From: an uncultured Actinomycetes bacterium
GTDB taxonomy: Bacteria; Actinomycetota; Thermoleophilia; Gaiellales; JAICJC01
Assembly: GCA_963797565.1 (NCBI GenBank)
Contig: CAWCPM010000010.1
Span: 69,834 to 133,833, forward strand
Direction: 5' to 3'
Length of the DNA: 64,000 bases
The translations under genes were made by a program, and so were the position numbers. This document shows positions 41,922 through 51,483 of the stretch, piece after piece. Position 1 is the first letter of the stretch, and the number at the start of each line of letters is the position of its first letter. The notes beneath the pieces are model-generated. The model worked only from the letters and a program-made list of their open reading frames with translations. It ran no database searches and was not told the origin of the DNA.

Positions 41922-43259
41922 GGCCTGGCCCCGCTCCTCGGCGGCAGGCTCGGTGTCCTGGGGCTTCAGCGTCACGTCCACCTCGACGATGCGCGTGCCG
42001 TCCACCCCGTTCACCTCGAACAGCACGCCGTCGGTCGTGACGGCGTCGCCCACCTTGGGCGCGCGGCCGAGCTCGCCGAACACGAAGCCGCCGACGCTGT
42101 GGTAGTCCTCGTCGGGTAGCGACGTCCCGAACCGCTCGTTGAACTCCTCGATCGGGAACGACCCGCCCAACCGCATGCGTCCGACGCCCAACCGCCGGAT
42201 GCCCGCCTCCGGCAGGTCGAACTCGTCGCCGATCTCGCCCACGATCTCCTCCAGCAGGTCCTCCAGCGTGGCGAGGCCGGCCAGCGAGCCGTACTCGTCC
42301 ACCACGATCGCCATGTGGTTCGAGGTCGCCTGGAAGTCGGACAGGAGCTCGTCGAGCCGCTTCGTCTCCGGAACCATGATCGCCGAGCGGAGCAGCCCGC
42401 GCACGTCCACGCCGTCGATCCCGCGGTCGTGCAGCGCCGCGAACAGGTCGCGCACGTGCAGCACGCCGACCACGTCGTCCAGCTCGCCGTCGTAGACCGG
42501 ATAGCGGGTGTAGGGATGCTGAAGCATCAGCCGCAGCAGCTCCGCCACGGGCAGCTCCAGCGGCAGCGCCACCACGTCCGGACGCGGCACCATCACGTCG
42601 GCCGCGTCCTTGTCGGCGAACTCGAACACCTTGTGGAGCATCGTCTGCTCCTCCTCCTCGAGCACGCCCTGCTCGCGGCTGGCCGTGACCAGCATCTTCA
42701 GCTCCTCCTCGGAGTGCACCGACGAGCGCCGCGCCCCCGGCGGCAGCCCCAGCCAGCGCAGCACGGCCGCGCTGGCCGCCACGAGCGCCCAGATGAACGG
42801 CCGGAAGATCGCGTAGAAGACGTTGATCGGCGTCGCCACCACCAGCGCCACCCGCTCCGCGTGCTGCAGCGTGTAGCTCTTGGGCACGATCTCGCCCAGC
42901 ACCACGTGGAAGAACGACAGGATCGAGAAGGCCAGGATCGCCGAGATGGTCACCGCCACGCCTCCGTGCCAGCTGTCCGGCAGCCAGCCCAGCGGCGTGT
43001 CCAGCAGGTTCGAGATGACGGGCTCGCCGATGGCGCCCAGCGCCAGGCTGGAGAGCGTCACGCCCAGCTGGATGGCGGAGATGAAGCGAGCCGGGTTCTG
43101 CTGGAGGTCCGCCACGCGGCGAGCGCCGCGGCTGCCCTGATCGACCAGCTCCTGGACGCGTGTCCGGCGCATGGTGACCAGCGCATACTCGGCCGCCACG
43201 AAGAACCCGTTGGCCAGGACGATCAGCAGGACCGCGATCAGCGCGAGGGCGGTTCTCAT
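41913..43259 (-). CDS. CNNM/DUF21-CBS-CorC_HlyC family membrane protein (hemolysin-like/Mg-Co efflux)
   Basis: DUF21 TM region, a CBS pair and a CorC C-terminus. Start taken at MRTALALIAVLL. Confidence 0.85.
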   Translation of the reverse strand: MRTALALIAVLLIVLANGFFVAAEYALVTMRRTRVQELVDQGSRGARRVADLQQNPARFISAIQLGVTLSSLALGAIGEPVISNLLDTPLGWLPDSWHGGVAVTISAILAFSILSFFHVVLGEIVPKSYTLQHAERVALVVATPINVFYAIFRPFIWALVAASAAVLRWLGLPPGARRSSVHSEEELKMLVTASREQGVLEEEEQTMLHKVFEFADKDAADVMVPRPDVVALPLELPVAELLRLMLQHPYTRYPVYDGELDDVVGVLHVRDLFAALHDRGIDGVDVRGLLRSAIMVPETKRLDELLSDFQATSNHMAIVVDEYGSLAGLATLEDLLEEIVGEIGDEFDLPEAGIRRLGVGRMRLGGSFPIEEFNERFGTSLPDEDYHSVGGFVFGELGRAPKVGDAVTTDGVLFEVNGVDGTRIVEVDVTLKPQDTEPAAEERGQASG

Positions 43260-43465
43260 GAAAGGCTGGTACTCGGAGGCTCGTCGCTCACGCGCTTGGC
43301 AGTGTACCAACGGCTGCGGATACCTCTATGGTGCAGGGATCGCGGGGCCAGACCAGAAGTTCGCTAGCGGTCGGGCGGAGCCGGAAAACGCTTGGGGCTA
43401 ACGGAGTGCTGGGTTCCTGCCGATACACCTCACCGGTGGCAAATGCCGCGACTCTTGGAGTGCAC

Positions 43466-44086
43466 GTGAGTGAGCCCATTACCTGTCTGATCGTTGACGA
43501 CCACGAGGTGGTACGCGAAGGCCTACGCCTGTCGCTGTCACGGTCGGAGAACATTCGAGTTGTCGGCGAGGCCGCCGACGGCGAGGCCGCGGTCACGCTG
43601 GCCAAACGCCGCAAGCCCAACGTCGTGATCCTTGATGTGCGGATGCCCGGCATGGACGGGCTGGCCGCCGCCAAGGAGATCACCAGCGAGATCCCGGAGA
43701 CGGCGGTGCTGATGTTCACCGCCTTCGCCGAACGCAGCCTGCTGACGCGCGGCCTCGAGTCGGGCGCAAAGGGCTACATCCTGAAGGAGGCGCCGCACCA
43801 GACGATCGTGCGCGCCATCCAGAAGGTGGCCGATGGCGATGGCTACGTCGACCCCGCGCTGATGCCCGCATTCCTGACCAAGGAACGCGAGAACATGCTG
43901 ACAGCCCGCGAGCGTGAGATCCTTCAGCTGCTCGCCGACGGGATGTCGAATGCCGATGTAGCTGCCAAGCTCTTCATCAGCCAGGAAACGGTGAAGAGCC
44001 ATGTGCGCCATATCCTCTCGAAGCTCGAGGCGGACACACGCACACATGCAGTCGCCATCGCCCTCCGCACCGCAATCATCGACTGA
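43466..44086 (+). CDS. NarL/FixJ (LuxR-type) response regulator
   Basis: A receiver domain (CLIVDDHEVVREGL..VILDVRMPGMDG) plus a LuxR HTH (LTAREREILQLLADGMSNADVAAKLFISQETVKSHV). Confidence 0.88.
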   Translation: MSEPITCLIVDDHEVVREGLRLSLSRSENIRVVGEAADGEAAVTLAKRRKPNVVILDVRMPGMDGLAAAKEITSEIPETAVLMFTAFAERSLLTRGLESGAKGYILKEAPHQTIVRAIQKVADGDGYVDPALMPAFLTKERENMLTAREREILQLLADGMSNADVAAKLFISQETVKSHVRHILSKLEADTRTHAVAIALRTAIID

Positions 44087-45317
44087 GCATCGGCTCCGCC
44101 AGGAGCTGATCGCGCAAGGCCGCTTCCTGGACGGTCTCGTCCGCAGCCTTGGCGCGGTCTCGGGTGGTCTCGATTCCGCCGCGGTGCTCGAGCACACGGC
44201 GGTCGAGGCACAGCGCCTGTTCACCGCCGATGCCGTGCTGGTGCTGGTGCCGGCCGCGGGCGAGCGCTCGCTGCGACCGGCGGCAGCCGCCGGCCTGGCG
44301 CTGGGCCCGCTGGGCGACGCACGCGTGCCCATGGACGCCGAGGGCTCTGCGCTGGCCGTGGCCGCCCGCGATCTGGTGGGAGCTGTCACCGGCCCCACCC
44401 AGCCCGGCGCGGACGAGGTCACCCGCCGTCTGCGTCCGCAGGCTCTGCTGGCCGTGCCGCTGGTGGTGGCGGGCCGCCTGCACGCCCTGGTGGTACTGCT
44501 CGACCTGCACGGCGGCACCGGCTTCGGGCCCGACGATCTGGCCCGGGCCACGCTGTTCGCCGACTTCGCCGCGCGCGCCGCCGAGAGCGCCGCGCTGTTC
44601 GAGCGGGTGGAGGCGCTGCTGGCTCAGGCCCGCATCCGCGAGAGCGAACGGGCCGAGCTCTCGCGCAGGGTCGTGTCGGCCGAGCAGGAGGAGCGGCGCC
44701 GTCTGTCGACATTCCTCCACGACGGCCCCGTGCAGACGCTGTCGGGCGTCAACATGATGCTGAACGCCGCCGCCGAGGCGATGGAGGCGGGCGACACCGA
44801 GACCGCCCTGCAGGTGCTCGAGACGGCCCGCGCGCGGCAGCGGTCGGTGATCGGCGAGGTGCGCGAGCTGTCGTTCGCCCTCGAGCCCTGGACGCTGCGC
44901 GAGCAGGGCTTCGAGACGGCGCTGCAGGCGATCGCCGACCGCTTCGAGGCCGAGCACCGCGTCGCCGTCACGCTGGACGTGGCGGATGCCGACGCGCTCA
45001 GCGGTGACGACCAGGTCTGCCTGTTCCAGATCATGCGCGAGGCCATGACCAACGCGCTGAAGCACGCCAAACCGGCCACCATCGCGGTCAGCGTGCACGG
45101 CTCTCCCAGCGAGGGCCTCGAGGCGCGGGTGGTCGACGACGGTACCGGCGTGATGTCGGAGCCGGCCGACGGCCTGCCCCACCACGGCGTCGCGTCGATG
45201 CAGGAGCGCGCCGCCATCCTCAACGGGCGGCTGGACATCGACTCGGTGCCGGGCACCGGCACCACGGTGCGGGTGCTGGTCGCGGCCGGCAAGCTGCAGG
45301 AGGGCGACGGTGTCTGA
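44046..45317 (+). CDS. GAF-domain sensor histidine kinase (HisKA_3/NarX-DesK type)
   Basis: SAEQEERRRLSTFLHDGPVQ is the H-box, and an HATPase_c C-terminus is present. The start is uncertain and overlaps the RR 3' end. Confidence 0.8.
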   Translation: MQSPSPSAPQSSTEHRLRQELIAQGRFLDGLVRSLGAVSGGLDSAAVLEHTAVEAQRLFTADAVLVLVPAAGERSLRPAAAAGLALGPLGDARVPMDAEGSALAVAARDLVGAVTGPTQPGADEVTRRLRPQALLAVPLVVAGRLHALVVLLDLHGGTGFGPDDLARATLFADFAARAAESAALFERVEALLAQARIRESERAELSRRVVSAEQEERRRLSTFLHDGPVQTLSGVNMMLNAAAEAMEAGDTETALQVLETARARQRSVIGEVRELSFALEPWTLREQGFETALQAIADRFEAEHRVAVTLDVADADALSGDDQVCLFQIMREAMTNALKHAKPATIAVSVHGSPSEGLEARVVDDGTGVMSEPADGLPHHGVASMQERAAILNGRLDIDSVPGTGTTVRVLVAAGKLQEGDGV

Positions 45318-46656
45318 GACGGCGGGCTTCGAGCGCGACCTGGCGCGTCTGGTCGCCGCGTGCGAGACGGGCCTCGACCTGGAGGGCGTCCTTGCGGCGG
45401 CGGCCGACGCGGCCGGCTCCGCGCTGAGCGCCGGCTCCGTGTCCAGCTACGCCCTCAGCGAGCAGCGAGACGGTCTCGCCCTGCTCGCAGGCGACGGCCC
45501 CCAGCGGCTGGAGCTGCCGGGACTCGAGCCGGTCACCGATGACGGCCGCACGCTGCTGCCGCTGGTCAGCGCCGGGCGCGTGCTGGGTGGGCTGCTGGCC
45601 GAGCGGGTGACCGAGCCGGGCGGGCTGGGACGAGCCCGGATCGCGGCCGGGATAGCGGCGCAGGCGATGGAGGCCTCACGCCTGTGGGACAGCGTCGCCG
45701 GCGAGTCGGGCACGCTCGACCCGCTGACGCGCCTGCCCAACCACCTCGGCTTCCAGAGCGTGCTCGGCCGTGAGCTGGCGCGCGCCAAGCGCACCGGCCA
45801 GAGCCTGGCGGTGTCGCTGGTCGACCTGGACGGGCTGGCCAACTACACCGCGCGCCACGGAGCCGCAGAGGCCGACCGCGTGCTGCGGCTGGCGGCCGGC
45901 GGCCTGGCGGGCGGCGTCCGCAGCTACGACTGCGTCTGCCGGCTGGACGAGGGCGAGTTTGCGCTGGTGCTGCCGGGCATGACCGCCGAGTCGGCGGCGG
46001 CCCTGGTCGGGCGGCTGGCCAGCGGGTTCGGAGCATGGTCGCTGGACGGCGACCCGATCACCGTCTCCGGCGGCGTGGCCGCGTTCCCCGAACACGCCGC
46101 AACCAACGATGAGCTTGTGCGCCTGGCGAGCGCCGCGCTGGGTCGCTCCGGCGACGCCCGCGTGATCGCCTGGGACGGGGTCGCGGAGGGCGCCGACGAT
46201 CCGGTGCGATCGCTGGAGGCGCGCGGCGGACGCTCGGCCGACTCGCGCGCCGTCAGCGAGTACGCCGGGCATATCGCCGGAGCCTGCGGTCTCGAGCCCG
46301 ATCACGTCGACCGTGTTCGCCTGGCGGCGTCGCTGGACGACCCGGCCGCCGCCGGTGGCGAGGAGGCCGAGCGCAGGCGCCTGGCCGAGCGCGTGGCGGC
46401 CGGCATGATCGACGACGAGGCGGCCGGTTGGCTGCTGGCGCGATTCGACCCCGTGGCCGAGGCGCCGCTCGAGGCCCGTGTGATCGCCGTCGCCGAGGCG
46501 TTCGTGGCCGCGGGCGGACACCGCTCACAGGCATCGGCCGGCCTCGCCCTCTCGGTGCTGTGGCAGCAGGCGGGCGAGCGGCTGGACGCGGGCTGCGTGC
46601 GCGCGCTCGAGCGGCTACTTGCTGACGAGCTGGACCAGGGCCAGGATCAGGTCTAG
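45310..46656 (+). CDS. GAF / degenerate GGDEF / degenerate HD-like domain signalling protein
   Basis: DPLTRLPNHLGF..CRLDEGEFALVL carries DEGEF in place of GGDEF. The C-terminal region resembles an HD/HD-GYP helix bundle but lacks the HD residues (DSRAVSEYAGHIA). Confidence 0.75.
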   Translation: MSETAGFERDLARLVAACETGLDLEGVLAAAADAAGSALSAGSVSSYALSEQRDGLALLAGDGPQRLELPGLEPVTDDGRTLLPLVSAGRVLGGLLAERVTEPGGLGRARIAAGIAAQAMEASRLWDSVAGESGTLDPLTRLPNHLGFQSVLGRELARAKRTGQSLAVSLVDLDGLANYTARHGAAEADRVLRLAAGGLAGGVRSYDCVCRLDEGEFALVLPGMTAESAAALVGRLASGFGAWSLDGDPITVSGGVAAFPEHAATNDELVRLASAALGRSGDARVIAWDGVAEGADDPVRSLEARGGRSADSRAVSEYAGHIAGACGLEPDHVDRVRLAASLDDPAAAGGEEAERRRLAERVAAGMIDDEAAGWLLARFDPVAEAPLEARVIAVAEAFVAAGGHRSQASAGLALSVLWQQAGERLDAGCVRALERLLADELDQGQDQV

Positions 46657-47570
46657 GTCTTCTTGCGGCGCTGCGTGCGCTGGCGGGCGGCGATCGCGGC
46701 CTCCGGGCGGGGCGTGGGCGTGTGGCCCGAGGCGACAGCCGCCGCCACCGCCGGGGTGGTCGGCGCAGGCTCGTCGCGCCGCCGGTGGAACAGCACGATG
46801 AACGAGATCAGCCCGGCCACGAACAGCACGCCCGACACCCACACGTTCACGCGCTGGCCGAAGAAGATGTCGGCCGTGTCGACCTTGATCGTCTCCAGCG
46901 GCACGCGGTAGAAGTTGTAGAGCGTCACGTAGAGCGCGAACACCGTGCCGTAGGGCACGCGTCGCCAGTATCGCCGCGTGAACCAGATCAACACGAAGAA
47001 GACCAGCACGTCCAGGATCGACTCGTACAGGAACATCGGCTGGAACGTGGACGAGTCGGGGTAGGCCGCCGGTCGGTGAGCCGGGTCGATCTTGACCGCC
47101 CAGGGCAGGTCGCTGGGCTTGCCGTACAGCTCCTGGTTGAAGTAGTTGCCCCAGCGGCCCAGCGCCTGCGCCAGGACGAGGCCGGGCGCGATGCAGTCGG
47201 CCACCCGCCAGAACGGCAGGTTCACCCGGCGGCAGCCGATCCAGCAGCCGAGCATGCCGCCCAGCACCGCACCGAAGATCGACAGCCCGCCGTTCCAGAT
47301 GGCCGGGATCTGGGAGTAGTCGTTGCTGAACGAGCCCCAGTCGGTGAGCACGTGGTAGAGGCGGGCGCCGACCAGGCCGAACGGCACCGCCCACACGGCG
47401 ATCGAGTAGGCCAGCTCCGGGTCCATCGAGCGGCGCCGGAACTCGCGTCGGGCGATCCATCCGGCCAGCAGCACCCCCAGGGCCAGCAGCAGGCCGTACC
47501 AGCGAGCGTGGATCGGCCCGGAATTGATCAGGAACGGGTCGCCCGGACTGGGAATGGAAAGCAGCGCCAC
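46653..47570 (-). CDS. lgt: prolipoprotein diacylglyceryl transferase
   Basis: IHARWYGLLLALG..GRWGNYFNQELYG is the Lgt signature. GTG 47570 is chosen as the start. Confidence 0.9.
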   Translation of the reverse strand: MALLSIPSPGDPFLINSGPIHARWYGLLLALGVLLAGWIARREFRRRSMDPELAYSIAVWAVPFGLVGARLYHVLTDWGSFSNDYSQIPAIWNGGLSIFGAVLGGMLGCWIGCRRVNLPFWRVADCIAPGLVLAQALGRWGNYFNQELYGKPSDLPWAVKIDPAHRPAAYPDSSTFQPMFLYESILDVLVFFVLIWFTRRYWRRVPYGTVFALYVTLYNFYRVPLETIKVDTADIFFGQRVNVWVSGVLFVAGLISFIVLFHRRRDEPAPTTPAVAAAVASGHTPTPRPEAAIAARQRTQRRKKT

Positions 47571-47765
47571 GAGCGGGAACCTTACAGGCGCGGTCAGGCG
47601 GAACGCGCAACCTTTATCCCGAGCACGTAGACAGATCGGCCAGGGTTCGCTACCACGTGAGTAGTAGTGCAGGCTCCCCCCGGCGCTACACGTCCCACCG
47701 TTCGAGGTCAAGAACGCCTCGAACGGTGCCGATAGGCGCCATGCAGGGCCCTCCCCCGCGACGGA

Positions 47766-48152
47766 ATGCGAACCATCACTGAGCGCACAGACCAGCAAGG
47801 ACAGGCGGTGATCCAGATGGCGATAGCGCTGCCGATCCTGCTCGTCCTGCTGCTCTCGATCTGGCAGCTGAGCGTCGTCTACGGCACCTGGCAGAGCCTC
47901 CAAAAAGCGGCCTCCCACGGCGCCCGAGCCGGCGCCGCCGCTCGCCACGGACACCACCTGGCCGCCGCCCGCGCGGCCGCCCGGGAAGCGGCCGACGACG
48001 TCACTCTGAAGCGCGTCTCGCTGACCGCGACGAAGTCGCACGGCACCGCCACCTACACGGCGACGGCCTGCTCCACCTACGCCGTCAACCTGCTCGGAAT
48101 CGTTGTCAAGTCGGGCGATCTCTGCCGCGACGCGACCAAGCGGGTCGAGTAG
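47766..48152 (+). CDS. tadE: TadE-like pseudopilin/pilus assembly protein
   Basis: ERTDQQGQAVIQMAIALPILLVLLL is a TadE N-terminal motif. It is the first gene of the tad locus. Confidence 0.75.
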   Translation: MRTITERTDQQGQAVIQMAIALPILLVLLLSIWQLSVVYGTWQSLQKAASHGARAGAAARHGHHLAAARAAAREAADDVTLKRVSLTATKSHGTATYTATACSTYAVNLLGIVVKSGDLCRDATKRVE

Positions 48153-48204
48153 CGACCTCAGCACTCGGCTCACCACGCGCAGCACCAAAGGAGATCCACC
48201 CCAG

Positions 48205-48951
48205 ATGCCGACCCTCAGCCGTAACCTCATCATCAGCTTCGTCCTGGCGATCGCCGCCGCAGGCGCGCTGTTCGCCTACACCTCGCACGTCCGCAAGAGC
48301 GCGGAGTCGAGCGGCGACACCGTCACGGTGATCGTGGCGACGCACGAGGTACCGGTCGGCACGACTGTGAACGACGCGCGGTCGCAGGGGTACCTCAGCT
48401 ACCGGTCCGTGCGCCGGTCGGACGTTGCTGACGGCGCCATCACCGGCTTCGGGACGGTGTCCGGTCAGGTCATCACGCAGAACCTCTACAACGGCGATCA
48501 GCTGACCGTGAACCGGGTGGGCGCGCCGAGCACGCAGACGCCGGCCTACCAGGTGACCGGGAACTTCCGGGCGATCCGGGTGCCGTTCAACCCCGACTCG
48601 GGACTGCTGTCCGACCTCAGCGTCAACGACCGGGTCGACGTGATGACCAGCTATCGCAAAAACGACAAGGTCTTCACCTATCTGGCGGTGCCGGATGCGC
48701 TGGTGCTCGAGGTGGACGCACCGACCACCGACACCGCGGTCAGCACCGGTTCGGAGGCGGGCTCCGTGCTGCTGTCGGTGACCGAGCAGCAGAGCCTGTT
48801 CATCGCCAATGCCCTGGCCAACTCGTCCGGCGATCAGAGCGCCAACAACATCTGGCTGGCACTGGTCGGCGCGACCGGGGCCACCTACAAGCCGATCACC
48901 GTGCCGGCGCTGCCGGGCCGGTTCCCCCATCACGGCGTCCCCGTGAAGTAG
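48205..48951 (+). CDS. cpaB: Flp pilus assembly protein CpaB/RcpC
   Basis: An N-terminal TM segment plus SAF/RcpC-like domains. AAAGGAG RBS at 48187-48193. Confidence 0.8.
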   Translation: MPTLSRNLIISFVLAIAAAGALFAYTSHVRKSAESSGDTVTVIVATHEVPVGTTVNDARSQGYLSYRSVRRSDVADGAITGFGTVSGQVITQNLYNGDQLTVNRVGAPSTQTPAYQVTGNFRAIRVPFNPDSGLLSDLSVNDRVDVMTSYRKNDKVFTYLAVPDALVLEVDAPTTDTAVSTGSEAGSVLLSVTEQQSLFIANALANSSGDQSANNIWLALVGATGATYKPITVPALPGRFPHHGVPVK

Positions 48952-48964
48952 AGGAGATACAACG

Positions 48965-50077
48965 ATGAACGACCTGATCAGGGTTTCACTTCAGGGGGAC
49001 GACGCCGTGCTCCGCGACCTGTTCGAGCGGTCGGGAATGGTGGAGATCGTCGACACCACGCCGGAGGTGCTGGTGTGGAACCTGCCGCACGACGCGGACG
49101 GCCTGCCGGCCGAGATGCGGGTCGCGCTGGCCGACACGCACGGCCCCGCCATCGTCGCGCTCACCGGCAGCCACCCCAGCCGCTGGTTCGACGAGGCGCT
49201 GGCGCTGGGCGTCGACGAGATCGTGTGCCTGCCGCAGGAGCCGCAGTCCCTGGGCATGGCAGCCGCCAAGGCGCGCACCATGCGCAGCCGGCGCGCCAGC
49301 ATGGCGGCGATGGCACCGGCCTCGGCCAAGGGCCACCGGTCGGCGCACATCTTCACGGTGTTCTCGACCAAGGGTGGGTCGGGCAAGACCGTGATCGCCA
49401 CCAACCTGGCGGTCTGCTTCGCACGCCAGGGCAAGCGCACGCTGCTGATCGACTTCGACCTCCACTCGGGAGATGACGCGCTGGTGCTGGGGCTGTCCCC
49501 GCGCTGGACGATCCTCGACCTGGTGCAGTCGCCCGGTGACCTGGACGGCGAGAAGCTGGCCGGCTTCGTCACCCGGCACTCGAGCGGCGTCGACCTGCTG
49601 CCCGCGCCGACCCGGCCCGACGAGGAGGAGCTGGTCGACGTGGACCGGCTCGAGCCGCTGCTGGCGGTGGCCCGCCAGAGCTACGAGGCGGTCGTGATCG
49701 ACACCTCCTCGCAGTTCGCGCCGGCCGTGCTGCTTGCCATCGACCACACCGATTCCCTGGTGCTGGTGGGCGCGTCTGACGTGCCGACCATCAAGAGCCT
49801 CAAGATCGCCCTGGAGACGCTGGAGCTGCTGGAGATGGACGTCAAGGACGTCCGCATCCTGATGAACCGCTCGGGCGCGCGGGTGGGCCTGGACGACCGC
49901 GACGTGGAGCGCACGCTGCGGCGCGAGATCACCTACACGCTGGCGTCGGACAAGGCCATCCCGATCTCGGTCAACCGCGGCCAGCCGGTCGTGATCGACG
50001 CTCCCAAGTCGCGGGTCGCCAAGTCGTTCTACGACATGGCCCGGTCGCTCGACGCGGTGGTCGGGAGCCTGCGATGA
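48965..50077 (+). CDS. cpaE: pilus assembly ATPase CpaE/TadZ (receiver-like N-domain + ParA/MinD ATPase)
   Basis: FSTKGGSGKTVIATNLA is a deviant Walker A. Tad locus context. Confidence 0.82.
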   Translation: MNDLIRVSLQGDDAVLRDLFERSGMVEIVDTTPEVLVWNLPHDADGLPAEMRVALADTHGPAIVALTGSHPSRWFDEALALGVDEIVCLPQEPQSLGMAAAKARTMRSRRASMAAMAPASAKGHRSAHIFTVFSTKGGSGKTVIATNLAVCFARQGKRTLLIDFDLHSGDDALVLGLSPRWTILDLVQSPGDLDGEKLAGFVTRHSSGVDLLPAPTRPDEEELVDVDRLEPLLAVARQSYEAVVIDTSSQFAPAVLLAIDHTDSLVLVGASDVPTIKSLKIALETLELLEMDVKDVRILMNRSGARVGLDDRDVERTLRREITYTLASDKAIPISVNRGQPVVIDAPKSRVAKSFYDMARSLDAVVGSLR

Positions 50078-51483
50078 AGCCCGACAAGTCGCGCTCGCTG
50101 CACGGCCGCCTGCGCCGTCACGAGTCCGCGGCCGGGCGCGGCAAGGTGGAGCCGACGACGGACGTCGTCAACGACCCCTTCGTCGAGATCAAGAACGCCG
50201 CGCAGCGCGAGGCGGTGCGGGAGCTGGGCCAGGACCTGGTCGAGGGAGAGGTGCCCGAGGACGAGCTGCGCGAACACGTCCAGAAGGCTGTCGACGACGC
50301 GCTGGCCGAGGCCGGCACGCCACTCTCGATGGCCGACCGCACACGGCTGGTGCGCGAGATCACGTCGAACATCCTCGGCTACGGTCCGATCGAGCCGTTC
50401 CTGGCCGACGACTCGATCTCGGAGGTGATGGTGAACAACCACCACACCATCTACATCGAGCGCAGGGGCCAGATCGAGGAGACCGACGTCCAGTTCGCCT
50501 CCGAGCGGCACCTGCTGCAGGTGATCGACCGGATCGTCGCCCAGACCGGGCGCCGCATCGACGAGGCCAGCCCGATGGTGGACGCGCGCCTCCCGGACGG
50601 GTCGCGCGTGAACGCGATCATCCCGCCGCTGGCCATCACCGGCCCCTCGCTGACCGTGCGCAAGTTCTCGCGCCAGCCGCTCACGATCGACGACCTGATC
50701 GCCTTTGGCACGCTCTCCCACCAGGCCGCGGCCTTCCTGGAGGTCTGCGTCGAGGGCAAGCTGAACGTGCTGGTCTCGGGCGGTACCGGCACCGGCAAGA
50801 CCACGATGTTGAACGTGCTGTCCTCGTTCATCCCCGAGCGGGAGCGCATCGTCACGATCGAGGACGCCGCCGAGCTGCGCCTGTCCCAGAAGCACGTGAT
50901 CAGCCTGGAGGCGCGCCCGGCGAACATCGAGGGCAAGGGCCAGATCTCGATCCGCGACCTGGTCAAGAACGCGCTGCGCATGCGGCCTGACCGGATCATC
51001 GTGGGCGAGTGCCGCGGCGCCGAGACGGTGGACATGCTGCAGGCCATGAACACGGGCCACGAGGGCTCGCTGACCACGATCCATGCGAACAGCCCGCGCG
51101 ATGCGCTGGCACGCACCGAGACGCTGGTGCTGACCGCAGGATTCGACCTGCCGCTGAAGGCGATCCGCGACCAGATCGCGAGCGCCTTCGACCTGATCAT
51201 CCACACGCAGCGACTGGTGGACGGCCGCCGCCGCATCACCCACATCACCGAGGTGCAGCGGGTCGAAGGCGACGTGATCACCCTGGCCGACATCTTCGTG
51301 GCCGGGTTCGCGGGCGACGCCGAGGTCGACCAGGTCTCGAGCACGATGCGCCACACCGGCATCCGGCCAGCGTTCATGGACAAGCTCGAGCAACACGGCG
51401 TGACGCTCCCGAAGTCGTTCTTCAACAGCGACACCACGGCGAAAGTGGACGTGCTGCGACGCGGGCAGCGCAGGAGCGCCTGA
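50074..51483 (+). CDS. cpaF: Tad secretion ATPase CpaF/TadA
   Basis: SGGTGTGKTT Walker A, RPDRIIVGECRG, and the T2SS-E family His box. Confidence 0.92.
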   Translation: MKPDKSRSLHGRLRRHESAAGRGKVEPTTDVVNDPFVEIKNAAQREAVRELGQDLVEGEVPEDELREHVQKAVDDALAEAGTPLSMADRTRLVREITSNILGYGPIEPFLADDSISEVMVNNHHTIYIERRGQIEETDVQFASERHLLQVIDRIVAQTGRRIDEASPMVDARLPDGSRVNAIIPPLAITGPSLTVRKFSRQPLTIDDLIAFGTLSHQAAAFLEVCVEGKLNVLVSGGTGTGKTTMLNVLSSFIPERERIVTIEDAAELRLSQKHVISLEARPANIEGKGQISIRDLVKNALRMRPDRIIVGECRGAETVDMLQAMNTGHEGSLTTIHANSPRDALARTETLVLTAGFDLPLKAIRDQIASAFDLIIHTQRLVDGRRRITHITEVQRVEGDVITLADIFVAGFAGDAEVDQVSSTMRHTGIRPAFMDKLEQHGVTLPKSFFNSDTTAKVDVLRRGQRRSA

